This document shows, piece after piece, positions 1-8,981 of a stretch of DNA of 64,000 nucleotides. Below the pieces are notes generated by a model, which did not search any database, was not told the DNA's origin, and worked only from the letters and a program-made list of their open reading frames with translations. Each line of letters begins with the position of its first letter. The stretch's first letter is position 1. The stretch lies in contig CAVPIW010000006.1 in assembly GCA_963705105.1 (NCBI GenBank), positions 480,001 through 544,000 on the forward strand. Direction: 5' to 3'. Made by a program: the position numbers and the translations under genes. Source of the DNA: an uncultured Nitrospiraceae bacterium. Lineage in GTDB: Bacteria; Nitrospirota; Thermodesulfovibrionia; Thermodesulfovibrionales; Dissulfurispiraceae.

Positions 1-102
1 AATCGTCACCTTGGGCTTCTTCATGGCGCTCCAGTTGCGCAGCCCCAGTTCTTTACAGACCCTTCCCACTTCCTGTTTCGTGATGTACTCCGGTATCTTC
101 AT
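1..102 (-). CDS. Conserved hypothetical protein, N-terminal part only (possibly DUF5661 family); runs off the window
   Basis: Hand translation MKIPEYITKQEVGRVCKELGLRNWSAMKKPKVTI; GGAGGT SD at 111-116 on the minus strand; not in the ORF track. Confidence 0.6.
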   Translation of the reverse strand, partial: MKIPEYITKQEVGRVCKELGLRNWSAMKKPKVTI

Positions 103-444
103 GAACAGTCACCTCCGTGGATTATTTAAAAAAAAAGTGTTACTGAAAAGAATACACCGAAAGGACTGTCTCACGCAAAGCCGCGAAGAACGCAAAGAAG
201 AAAAGGACTATGGCAGTGTCAGTGTGAGTGTCAGTGAAAGGTATATTTTAGCCCTCCGGGCAGCAGCCGGGCCGTCATTATCCCGTAGAAAAGGGGGGAT
301 CAGAGGGGGTTGTAAACCGTCTCATGAAGTCTTGTCGTCCATGGCGAGCTTGGCGCCTTTGCGCGAGAAAAATCTTTTTTCGGCCACTCCTTTCCTCTTT
401 CGCGATCAAAAAGGGGGATGCGGTGGGTTATTGAATAAAAAGGA

Positions 445-780
445 TTAATGGTGTCCGCCTTCAGAATGGCCGCCGGCGATGACATACACGGCTTCGGTGT
501 CTCCCCTGCTTTCGATGAAACACTCCTGGTCACCGGCGATGTGGACAGCAGACCCTTCAGGCACCGTCCCCGTCATGAAGCCCGTGACGTCGAGGCTTCC
601 TTTGACGGCCAGGAGGATCTCCTCGTGCCCCGCGCCGGGCTTCAGAAGACGTCCCTTTTCTCCCGGCCTCAGTGTCCCGTATATGATGTAGCAAGCGTGG
701 CTCCCTGTCTCCTGAGAACCGACGATGCATTCCCCGGTCTCAGAAAGCCCGGCCTTCAACTTCATCTCAAAGGTCTTCAT
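445..780 (-). CDS. Cupin-like small protein
   Basis: YGTLRPGE...GHEEILLAVKG...EGSAVHI cupin-like motifs; likely start MKTFEM. Confidence 0.6.
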   Translation of the reverse strand: MKTFEMKLKAGLSETGECIVGSQETGSHACYIIYGTLRPGEKGRLLKPGAGHEEILLAVKGSLDVTGFMTGTVPEGSAVHIAGDQECFIESRGDTEAVYVIAGGHSEGGHH

Positions 781-913
781 CGCATCTCCATTGTTATCCA
801 TTAATCTCTGTGAACTCTGTGACCTCTGTGGCTGAAAAATCGTCTTCGCCTTTCTTGGCGCGCTTTGCGTCTTTGCGTGAGAATAGTTTTTTGCATCACA
901 TCGGCATGAATGT

Positions 914-1426
914 TTACGACCGGAGGAACCTCTCGATCTCCGGCTTCAGCGTGATGGAAATGACGAGTTTCCCTCCCTTGATCACGTAATGAATGTCGAG
1001 GACATCCGCGGCGCCGATGGAGACCGCCTGATACAAGGGTCTCATTTCATACCCGAGGGTGACTCCCCGGGAGTTGACAATCTTCTTTAGGACGGACCCA
1101 CTATATGCATGATGGTTCTTGATAAAGGCCTCCGCCCGGTTGAGGGCTTCTCCGGCCTGCAGGGAAGGGATTTTCTTATATTCGAAGTCGGGTCGGAAGG
1201 GTTCGAAGGTGATGTCATCACCTTCAATATCGAGAAATGCCACAGTCGTCAGATCGTTCCCGTGGCTGCCGCCGTGCAGGATGAGGGTGAAGACACCCGT
1301 GGGGACAGTACCCTCCATCACCTCGGTGAAGACGGGCTCTCCCCTCCCCTGCTGGTGCAGGAAGAAAGCGCCGAAAAGGATCAGCACGGCAATGGCGACG
1401 AAGATGATGATCTCAGGGTTGGCCAT
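914..1426 (-). CDS. Hypothetical membrane-anchored protein
   Basis: N-terminal hydrophobic helix (IIIFVAIAVLILFGAFFL), SD GGAG upstream, host-like codon usage. Confidence 0.6.
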   Translation of the reverse strand: MANPEIIIFVAIAVLILFGAFFLHQQGRGEPVFTEVMEGTVPTGVFTLILHGGSHGNDLTTVAFLDIEGDDITFEPFRPDFEYKKIPSLQAGEALNRAEAFIKNHHAYSGSVLKKIVNSRGVTLGYEMRPLYQAVSIGAADVLDIHYVIKGGKLVISITLKPEIERFLRS

Positions 1427-1430
1427 GTTA

Positions 1431-1784
1431 TCACATCTCCCGGGGCTCCAGGACAAGTTTGATACCGTCCAAAATCTGTCGGATCCTCTTTTTTGAGAGT
1501 GTCCCGATGAGATCTCCCAAATGCCCCTTATCCAGTGTAAAAAGCTGTGAGACGATCACGACGCTCTGTTTCGGAAGACCGGCCTCCCCCGGGTCAAGAA
1601 GGACATTTCCCGGTGCGGCAGCCCTCTTCAGATTCGACGAGAGGACGCAGACAACGACTGTGTTGATGCGGCTCTCATTGAAGACGTTGTTCTGAACAAC
1701 GACATGCGGATGGGTCAAGCCCGGATCTGAACCGGAAGGTTCATCCAGTTCGATCCAGTAGACATCGCCCTGCCGGATCACCAC
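1431..1784 (-). CDS. mazF: PemK/MazF-family toxin endoribonuclease
   Basis: IRQGDVYWIEL..P.GS.PG..HPHVVVQNNVFN signature; overlaps the antitoxin gene. Confidence 0.9.
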   Translation of the reverse strand: MVIRQGDVYWIELDEPSGSDPGLTHPHVVVQNNVFNESRINTVVVCVLSSNLKRAAAPGNVLLDPGEAGLPKQSVVIVSQLFTLDKGHLGDLIGTLSKKRIRQILDGIKLVLEPREM

Positions 1785-2032
1785 TCACCCTCAACGGCCT
1801 TCCGTTGCCTACGGCGCATTGTGCGAAGACGGTCTTCTTCATCCGCATCGGGCGCATCCTGGTAGGCTTCATTGATGCGCCGAAGGAGATCCTCATTCTG
1901 CCGGTGACGAATAAAGTCCCGCAATGCCAATGCAAAGAGACTGCTGCGCGACACTTTCAATTCGCGCGCCATGCTCTCAGCCTGTTCGAACAATGATTTT
2001 TCAATAGAGACTGCCGTCTTGATGTTTGCCAT
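1778..2032 (-). CDS. Ribbon-helix-helix antitoxin (MazE/ChpI-like)
   Basis: MANIKTAVSIEKSLFEQAESMARELKVSRSSLFALAL RHH pattern; directly upstream of mazF. Confidence 0.85.
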   Translation of the reverse strand: MANIKTAVSIEKSLFEQAESMARELKVSRSSLFALALRDFIRHRQNEDLLRRINEAYQDAPDADEEDRLRTMRRRQRKAVEGEW

Positions 2033-2033
2033 A

Positions 2034-2087
2034 ATGTTATACCTCTTTGAATACTTTCAGTATAACATAATACGGTACAACTTCCAA
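2034..2087 (-). promoter_or_regulatory. Promoter and autoregulatory operator of the mazEF-like operon
   Basis: Perfect 9-bp inverted repeat ATGTTATAC (2034-2042) / GTATAACAT (2060-2068) overlapping minus-strand TTGGAA-17-TATACT. Confidence 0.6.
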
Positions 2088-2088
2088 T

Positions 2089-2277
2089 CCGAAGATCAAT
2101 ACACTCATCGGCAAATCACTTGTGTATTTCTCCGATGCTGACTCGAATCCCGATCCTGATTTTCTGGAGGGATGTGCTGTGGAATGGGACGAAGTCAGGA
2201 GATTCTTCCGGCGTCAGGTGAAGCAGATGGTCTTGGACCTTGACATGGCGGTAAAAGAAGATGGGAGGAAAAGGTAA
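2089..2277 (+). pseudogene. C-terminal fragment of an AbiEii-like nucleotidyltransferase toxin
   Basis: Hand translation ..IGKSLVYFSDADSNPDPDFLEGCAVEWDEVRRFF..; resembles the KSLVYFxDAE..PxP..W..V..FF tail of that family; no start codon. Confidence 0.5.
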
Positions 2278-2609
2278 CCCGGGCAAGGGTCGTTTTGCCT
2301 GACTGCCTTGGCCCTGTAAGGGTAACGATGGGATAGTACCCGGCATCCCGGCGCAGGCACTTTTCCAAGAATCGTGGCTATTTTACGATTGAATCGTAAG
2401 AATGGCAATTCAACGTGTTTTCAAGGGGTATTTTGTGTCTTCAAAGGCCGTTACAGCCTGCTTACATCGATGTCTGACGAGGATGGTAAAGGCATTCGAG
2501 TCGGTGAAGGCTTCGGCCATCCTCAAACGTGCTATAACCCTGATTCCGGGGATAGCATCAACGATCAGTTCAAGGTTCGCGCCTGTGAGACGATTTTGTC
2601 GGCCTGGTC

Positions 2610-2825
2610 ATGGAGAAGGCGCTGATCGTCAGGGGCAGATACAGTACAAAGAAGATTGCCGATGATCCGACGGACGATATGTTTCTTGCCTGCGCACTGG
2701 AGGCAAATGCCGATTACATCGTATCCCGAGATCCGCACCTCCGAAACCTCAAGCACTTCCACGGAGTCAAGATCATCGATGTCAAGTCGTTTATCGAGAA
2801 GGTGAGAGAAGGAGACGTTGTCTAA
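2610..2825 (+). pseudogene. C-terminal half of a PIN-domain toxin (TIGR00305-like)
   Basis: DDPTDDMFLACALEANADYIVSRDPHL motif; the N-terminal VVxDTN half is missing. Confidence 0.75.
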
Positions 2826-3002
2826 AATTGAGAAGAACCCTATCGTAAGTGCAATAGCGTCCAACTTGTTGTTCCCTGCATAATCCTTCCATTGATAGCC
2901 CTGATACCTTCTCGCGGATGGGTTGGATTGACTTCAGCCTCTCTAAAGTCGATCCCGAGTCGCACTTGAACATCTCCCTCAACTCTGACGAAGGCGTGCG
3001 CC

Positions 3003-3257
3003 CTAAATTCGACGCCAGGCTGAATTCCACTGATTACTAACAGCGGATAATAAAAAATGTGGGTCTGATATCCATGCACCAGTGAGAATATTCCAGTTCT
3101 CGCCATTGACGAAGCCGCTGTACTGCACTGTGAATAGAGGCACTGGATCTGAATACTGTACGGTCTTGTTGTCAGCGGTAATGGTGAGCGGAACTGGCAG
3201 AATGTTTATGTAGACCGTAGCAGAAACGCTGCTATAGTTCGTCGTGTCTGCAGGCAT
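3003..3257 (-). pseudogene. Orphan fragment of an MBG-domain surface protein
   Basis: PLTITADNKTVQYSDPVPLFTVQYSGFVNGE is an MBG-repeat pattern; no signal peptide and no remainder of the protein. Confidence 0.55.
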
Positions 3258-3337
3258 GAATGTGACCTGTAAAATATAAGGTCGCCGATGCGATGGACTA
3301 CAAGAAAATAGGACGGTTCAGAATTACCCCGCCAGAT

Positions 3338-3366
3338 TTGACTTTTCGTCATATTATTATTACAAT
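3338..3366 (+). promoter_or_regulatory. Sigma70 promoter, probably giving a leaderless transcript
   Basis: TTGACT-17-TACAAT with ATG 7 nt downstream. Confidence 0.6.
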
Positions 3367-3373
3367 GTAATGC

Positions 3374-3847
3374 ATGGTCGTCCTCATGGACACTGATTGC
3401 CTGATCAAACTCACCAAGGCGGGCCTCAAGGAGATGGTCTGCCGGAACTTCACGATCTTCGTGCCGCCTGCGGTGAAGCATGAGGCCCTGGAAACAGCGG
3501 ACAGGCACCCCGACGCCGAAGTGATCAAGAAGAACATCCTGGCAGGTCTCATCAACGTGAGATCGGAGAGCAAGCAGGCTGCAAAGAGAGTAGAAGACGC
3601 GATCATGGATGCGTTCTCAGCAGGCACGTATGAGACGGTCTGCAGCGACGACAGAAAATTCATCAGAAGGATGAGAGTGATGGGCGTCCCCTATGTGACT
3701 CCGGCCGTGTTCCTTCCCCTGCTGGTCGAAAGGACTGTGCTGACCGTGGAGGAGGCTTACGAGAGGCTGGACATCTTATCGTCCTTCATCAGTGACGAGG
3801 AGACACATACAGTCAGGCTCTTTCTGGAGAGGTGGGGTGTGTCATGA
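3374..3847 (+). CDS. PIN-domain (DUF3368-like) putative toxin
   Basis: VVLMDTDCLIKL N-terminal motif, VKHE, VCSDD acidic PIN residues. Confidence 0.7.
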   Translation: MVVLMDTDCLIKLTKAGLKEMVCRNFTIFVPPAVKHEALETADRHPDAEVIKKNILAGLINVRSESKQAAKRVEDAIMDAFSAGTYETVCSDDRKFIRRMRVMGVPYVTPAVFLPLLVERTVLTVEEAYERLDILSSFISDEETHTVRLFLERWGVS

Positions 3848-4152
3848 TTACGAAATCGATACGGGTAAGCCAGGATATCCTCTCGGCAATCGACTTCGTC
3901 GGGAAGGAAGAGAAGATCGAGGAGTCCTCTGCCATGAGGAAGCTGATCAGAATCGGCTTCGAGAAGTACGTCGCCGACCAGTACGGATCAGGCAAGGTCA
4001 CGCTGAGGCAGGCTGCAAAACTCCTTAACCTCGATCCGTTCTCGACGGTGGATCTTCTCCAGGACTATGGGGTCAAGGGCAATCTTGGCGTCTCCGAAGT
4101 CATGGATGCTCTCCAGAGGTTTGCCCGGAAACCGCCTCGTCCCGGTGCGTGA
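3844..4152 (+). CDS. UPF0175-family putative antitoxin
   Basis: YGSGKVTLRQAAKLLNL...LLQDYGV pattern; ATGA overlap with the PIN gene. Confidence 0.75.
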   Translation: MITKSIRVSQDILSAIDFVGKEEKIEESSAMRKLIRIGFEKYVADQYGSGKVTLRQAAKLLNLDPFSTVDLLQDYGVKGNLGVSEVMDALQRFARKPPRPGA

Positions 4153-4375
4153 CAATCATGCCCGAGGCTATAATTCATCACCAGGTACCGGTTTACGGCT
4201 TGGAATCCTGGCAGGAATAACATGTCATGCTTTGATCAATTCGAACCACACCCTATCCCCGTTTTCAAAGTCTCGCTGAAATATTTTATGGACAGGGGTG
4301 ATAATGGAGAGAGCGTTCGTCCGGATCTTGTGATAAATGATAAATGACGGGGGAGAAAGGAAGGCAAGACGCACA

Positions 4376-5569
4376 ATGACTGAAACCACGTGGATCCGGG
4401 CGGGATGGCTGATTGACGGATCGGGGGGACCGGCGCGGCGGGATGTCCTGGCAGGCGTCACGGACGGTAGATTCGCCTCCCTCTCCCGGGATTTCCGGGG
4501 AGAAACCCCCACGGGATGCATCGATTATTCGAACTGCACGATGCTGCCCGGTCTCGTCGACTGTCACGTTCACCTCTTCATGTCCGGCACCGGGGACATG
4601 ACGGTGCGCAAGGGACAGCTCGAAATGTCATTCGATGAGGCAAAAGATGTCATAAGGCACCACCTCCGTCAGCAGTTGTCCCATGGCGTTGTCGCCGTGC
4701 GCGACGGAGGCGATTACGGCGCCCACGCCCTTCGTTACAAGCAGGAATGCCTCTCCGCCGAGGGCATACCCGTTCAGATCAGATCGGCAGGCAGGGCCTG
4801 GAGGGCGCCGGGCCGCTACGGCAGGCTCATCGGCAGGCCGCCGGCACAGGGCAAAACCCTCGCACAGGCAATAGCAGCCTGCGGCGAGCAGGTCGATCAC
4901 GTCAAGATCGTCCAGTCGGGCATCAACAGCCTGAGGGTCTACGGAAAGGAGACGCCGCCTCAGTTCAGCCAATCCGATCTCAATGACGCCGTCGCGACGG
5001 CTGAAGACAGAGGCCTGAGTGTCATGGTCCACGCGAACGGCCGGCTCCCCGTCGAAATGGCGGCCATGGCAGGCTGCCTCTCCATCGAGCATGGGTTCTT
5101 CATGGGCAGGGAGAATCTCGCCCTTCTTGCGGAGCGGCGGATACTCTGGGTGCCCACGGCCTTTACGATGCAGGGCTACGCCACGCACATCGATGCGAAA
5201 ACCGGTGAGAGGGACATCGCACTGAGGAACCTCGAATCACAGGTGGAACAAATCGCTGAAGCGCGTCGCCTCGGTGTTCTTCTCGGCATCGGGACGGACT
5301 GCGGAAGCCTCGGCGTGAATCATGGTGAAGCCTTTGCCGGGGAGGTCAGGCTCTTCCTCCAGGCTGGGTTTTCTCCTGAAGAGACGGTTCAATGCGCCAC
5401 AGCCAACGCCAGCCGTCTCCTGGGCATCGGTGAAGAGTGCGGGCGGATCGCACCGGATATGCCCGCAACATTTATTATTATCCCCGGCTCACCGGCGGAA
5501 CTCGCCGTCAACCTCGGCTCACCGCTGCACACCTTCGTCAGGGGGCAATCCGCTCATAAGCACGTATAA
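4376..5569 (+). CDS. Metal-dependent amidohydrolase (HutI/Xaa-Pro dipeptidase-like)
   Basis: LPGLVDCHVH, VHA, IEHG, GTD metal ligands. Confidence 0.85.
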   Translation: MTETTWIRAGWLIDGSGGPARRDVLAGVTDGRFASLSRDFRGETPTGCIDYSNCTMLPGLVDCHVHLFMSGTGDMTVRKGQLEMSFDEAKDVIRHHLRQQLSHGVVAVRDGGDYGAHALRYKQECLSAEGIPVQIRSAGRAWRAPGRYGRLIGRPPAQGKTLAQAIAACGEQVDHVKIVQSGINSLRVYGKETPPQFSQSDLNDAVATAEDRGLSVMVHANGRLPVEMAAMAGCLSIEHGFFMGRENLALLAERRILWVPTAFTMQGYATHIDAKTGERDIALRNLESQVEQIAEARRLGVLLGIGTDCGSLGVNHGEAFAGEVRLFLQAGFSPEETVQCATANASRLLGIGEECGRIAPDMPATFIIIPGSPAELAVNLGSPLHTFVRGQSAHKHV

Positions 5570-5613
5570 AGGATTTTACGGAAAGACCTCTGCTCGCGCC
5601 AAGACTCCAAGCC

Positions 5614-5803
5614 CTCACACTGTCACTGTCTTGTTCTTTCTTTGCGCTCTTTGCGCCTTTGCGTGAGGTAATCTTGAAATATGTTCCATTCACTGACACT
5701 CACACTGTCACTGTCACTGTCTTGTTCTTTCTTTGCGCTCTTTGCGCCTTTGCGTGAGATAATCTTGAAATATGTTCCATTCACTGACACTCACACTGTC
5801 ACT
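5614..5803. repeat. Two-copy tandem duplication (~90 bp unit) built from the ACACTGTC and TTTGCGC intergenic repeat families
   Basis: Near-identical copies offset by 91 bp, between convergent genes. Confidence 0.85.
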
Positions 5804-5806
5804 ATG

Positions 5807-6313
5807 CTACTGCATATCCCGGCGGAGCTGAATCCTGATCTCCGACCGTGCCCTCAGCTCCTCGATATGGTTCTTGATGGCCCTGTTCGCCTCGGCCTCG
5901 GTCAGATATTCCTCGATCTCGTCCCTGACGGACAGGAAGTCCCGGTCCCCGAAACGATCTCTGTTCCTGTCGTAAAAATCGGTGATGTCCTTTTCCTTTA
6001 TCAGGATCAGGGACTTTATTCTCACATCGATGTAGTCATTGATGAGATCATCGTCCGACGCCCCTTCCAGTCTCATCTTCCTCGCCTCCTTCAGGATGAG
6101 AAGGCGGTTGATATATGACTGAAGGGCCTCCTCTTCCGTGATGGACGGTGTTTTTCCCCTCATGCGTTCGTAGGTTTCACTAAACTCCGAGAGCGTGACG
6201 GCCCGGTTATCGATGGCGGCGACAACCCGCTCGATCACTTCGGCGTGACCGGTACCGGCCGCAGAAAAGACCAGACCGACAGCAAGCCATATTAGCACCT
6301 GTCTAAAACGCAT
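5807..6313 (-). CDS. SurA N-terminal-domain periplasmic chaperone-like protein
   Basis: Signal peptide, AEVIERVVAAID..VT.SE, and C-terminal IEELRARSEI. Confidence 0.75.
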   Translation of the reverse strand: MRFRQVLIWLAVGLVFSAAGTGHAEVIERVVAAIDNRAVTLSEFSETYERMRGKTPSITEEEALQSYINRLLILKEARKMRLEGASDDDLINDYIDVRIKSLILIKEKDITDFYDRNRDRFGDRDFLSVRDEIEEYLTEAEANRAIKNHIEELRARSEIRIQLRRDMQ

Positions 6314-8981
6314 GGCCCAGGCTGAAATGGATTTCACCGGAACTCTCTCCGTTCTCCCTGTCCAACTTGTGACCGTAATCTACTCTGAGCGGCCCCACAG
6401 GCGTGTTGTACCGCAGGCCGATGCCCACAGTGTACTTGATGTCACCGATTTTCATGTCCTCCACGAGCTGCCAAACATTTCCACCGTCGAGGAACGTCAC
6501 GATGCCGAACCCCTTTCCCACATCCGTGCGCACCTCGATGTTTCCCATGAGGAACGCGTTTCCGCCCGTCGGGTTGCCGTCACTGCCTTTCGGTCCCAGC
6601 TCGTCCTGGTCATACCCTCTCACAGTCGTCCTGCCGCCCAGGAAAAACCTCTCGACGATGGGGAGCTCCTTCGTGTCGCCGAACCCCGTTGCCAGTCCTC
6701 CCCTCAGGGAGAGTGCGAGCACGAAACGGTCACTGAGCTTCAGATAGGTATTCCCGAACGCCGAGAGCTTGATGAATTCCGTTTCCGAGAGAAAGAGCTT
6801 CGACGTGATCTTGCATGAAAGCCCTGCGAAGACGCCCTTCTGCGGTGCAAAGGGGTTATCACGGGTGTCGTAGAGCAATCCCGGCCGGAAGCCGCTGATC
6901 ACCTGGGTGCCCACGTCGTTTCTGCTCAGGATGACGTCGGGCTGGACGTCATAGGTCTTCACAACGGAAAAATCATAGTAGAGTTCCGCGTCATACTTCT
7001 CCCTGATTTTTTTCATCACGCCCGCACTTGCCAGGGCCCGCTCCGACCGGTAGAGCACATCCCGTGAATCGATGTTCACTTCCTCCTTCTTCTCATAAAG
7101 GAGCAGGGCTTTGAAGGGTAGCTTCCGGTCCATGAACCAGGGCTCCGTGTAGGACAGCGTCAGCCTCTGCAGAAGGGAGCTCAGCTCCGTCCTGAACGAT
7201 ACCTGCCTGTTCATGCCCCCGAGGTTCCTGTACGAGACGTCGAAAAACCCCCTTAGCCGCTCATACTCGGCATAGCCGACGGCGAAGTCGACGGTGCCGG
7301 CCGGGGACTCCCGGAGACGGTAGATGACGTCCTTTCTGTCTCCTTCCGCATCCTGGGGCACAACGTCGATATCGCTGAACAGCCCGAGTTTCTGGAGGCT
7401 GTGGCGATCCTTCAGGAGCAGTCCGAAATCGTAAGGGTTGCCTTCGCGGTGCTGGAACTCCCTCGTGATGACCTTCAGTTTCGTCTGGTCGTTTCCGACG
7501 ACGATTGTCTTGCCGAAACGAAGCGGCGTCCCCTCGGTGATGCGGAACCTGAGGGAAGCGCCGTCATCATGCATGTCCCGTTCGACGTCGACCCGCACAT
7601 CAAGAAATCCCTTTTTGTCGTACAGGTCGTCGATCCTTGCCCGTGCCTCGGCGATGTCAACGTCGTTGTAAGGGCTCCCTTCCCGGATGGAAATGGCGCT
7701 CCTGATCTCGGCGTCGGAGACGGACCGGTTTCCCGACAGGGCGATCTCCCTGACCGTCATCTGGATGCCCTCCCTGACGGTGTAGTGGATCGAAACCTCG
7801 GCGTTGTCCATAGATATCTCGGGTTCCGGCACTTCGACCCGCAGGTATCCGAGGGCGCGGTAAAACTCTTCCAGTGTCTGCCTGTCCCGCTCCATGAGGT
7901 CCGGGTTGTATCGTTGCCCGGGCCGGTTGGCCAGAGTCGCCCTCAGCCTTTCCTGGTTGATGGAGGCGCCGGTGAATGTGACGGAGGAGACGCTGTTCTT
8001 TTCTCCCTCGAAGAGGAAAAAAGTGATATCGATCCCGTCGTCACGAAGGACCGTGATCGGCGTCACCTGCGCGAAGGCGTATCCCTTGTCGTGATACAAA
8101 GCGAGGAGGCGCCCCGCCGTCTCTTCCAGCAGGTCGTTGCTGTAATCGTTGATCTCGAAAAAGGGCACTTCCTTCCGCAGGCGGCCCGACGAAAAGACGG
8201 TATTCCCCTCGAAATTGACGACCAGCCTCTGGCCCCTCATGAGCGTAATGTCCAACATGCCGTCGGTGAACAGGTACGTGAGGGTCGTTTTGACGAAACC
8301 CTCTTTCTTGTAATATTTCATCACCTTTTCCGCAGTGGCTTCCATCTTGGTGGCATCATAGACGTCCCCGGCGGACAGTTTCAGATAGGAGGAGACGACG
8401 TCGTCAGGTTCGGAGATCGTGATTTTTCCGATCACGTCGGGCTGGCCCTCCCGGACCGTCACATGAAGGGCCGTGGCCGATGGTCCAAGGGGCTTCAGAT
8501 CATAGGTGACGGCGGCCCGGCTGTATCCCCTCACGGCCATTTCCCGCGCCAGCTTCGCCATGGCAGCGGCAAGGCGCCGGTGAGACAGGCGTTCTCCCTT
8601 TTCAACGGTCAGGTTCTTCCTGAGGAAGCGCGTCGAGAAATATTCATTACCCGCAATTTCGATCGACCCGATGACGGGTCTTTCCCTGACGGTGATAAGG
8701 AGGCGGTCCTTCGCTTCATCGGGCATCTCGATCGTGATGTCATCAAAAATGCCCTTGAGGTATGCTCTCCGAAGCCCCGCCCTGAGGGCAGCCCTGTCGA
8801 TGCTCCGACCCCGCGCGATACCGAGGAGGTAGAGCAGCTCCTCCTCAGAAATCGACGTAAGTCCCCTGATTTCGATGACAGCGGGCACGGTCTCCGGCGC
8901 ATGGACAGGCTCGTCGGCGGCAGCCCGATGAGGGAAGGCAAGGATGAGGCAGGCGATGAGAAGAAAGAGCCGGGGTATCAT
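6303..8981 (-). CDS. bamA: Omp85-family outer membrane protein (BamA/TamA-like, ~7 POTRA domains)
   Basis: Repeated POTRA motifs, ERFFLGG..TVRGY, C-terminal HFSLGHAF. Confidence 0.85.
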   Translation of the reverse strand: MIPRLFLLIACLILAFPHRAAADEPVHAPETVPAVIEIRGLTSISEEELLYLLGIARGRSIDRAALRAGLRRAYLKGIFDDITIEMPDEAKDRLLITVRERPVIGSIEIAGNEYFSTRFLRKNLTVEKGERLSHRRLAAAMAKLAREMAVRGYSRAAVTYDLKPLGPSATALHVTVREGQPDVIGKITISEPDDVVSSYLKLSAGDVYDATKMEATAEKVMKYYKKEGFVKTTLTYLFTDGMLDITLMRGQRLVVNFEGNTVFSSGRLRKEVPFFEINDYSNDLLEETAGRLLALYHDKGYAFAQVTPITVLRDDGIDITFFLFEGEKNSVSSVTFTGASINQERLRATLANRPGQRYNPDLMERDRQTLEEFYRALGYLRVEVPEPEISMDNAEVSIHYTVREGIQMTVREIALSGNRSVSDAEIRSAISIREGSPYNDVDIAEARARIDDLYDKKGFLDVRVDVERDMHDDGASLRFRITEGTPLRFGKTIVVGNDQTKLKVITREFQHREGNPYDFGLLLKDRHSLQKLGLFSDIDVVPQDAEGDRKDVIYRLRESPAGTVDFAVGYAEYERLRGFFDVSYRNLGGMNRQVSFRTELSSLLQRLTLSYTEPWFMDRKLPFKALLLYEKKEEVNIDSRDVLYRSERALASAGVMKKIREKYDAELYYDFSVVKTYDVQPDVILSRNDVGTQVISGFRPGLLYDTRDNPFAPQKGVFAGLSCKITSKLFLSETEFIKLSAFGNTYLKLSDRFVLALSLRGGLATGFGDTKELPIVERFFLGGRTTVRGYDQDELGPKGSDGNPTGGNAFLMGNIEVRTDVGKGFGIVTFLDGGNVWQLVEDMKIGDIKYTVGIGLRYNTPVGPLRVDYGHKLDRENGESSGEIHFSLGHAF

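Noticed and set aside
5614..5803. Possible mini-CRISPR, or a fifth copy of the operator (GAAATATGTT)
   Set aside because: Plain tandem duplication without unique spacers; only a partial half-site match.
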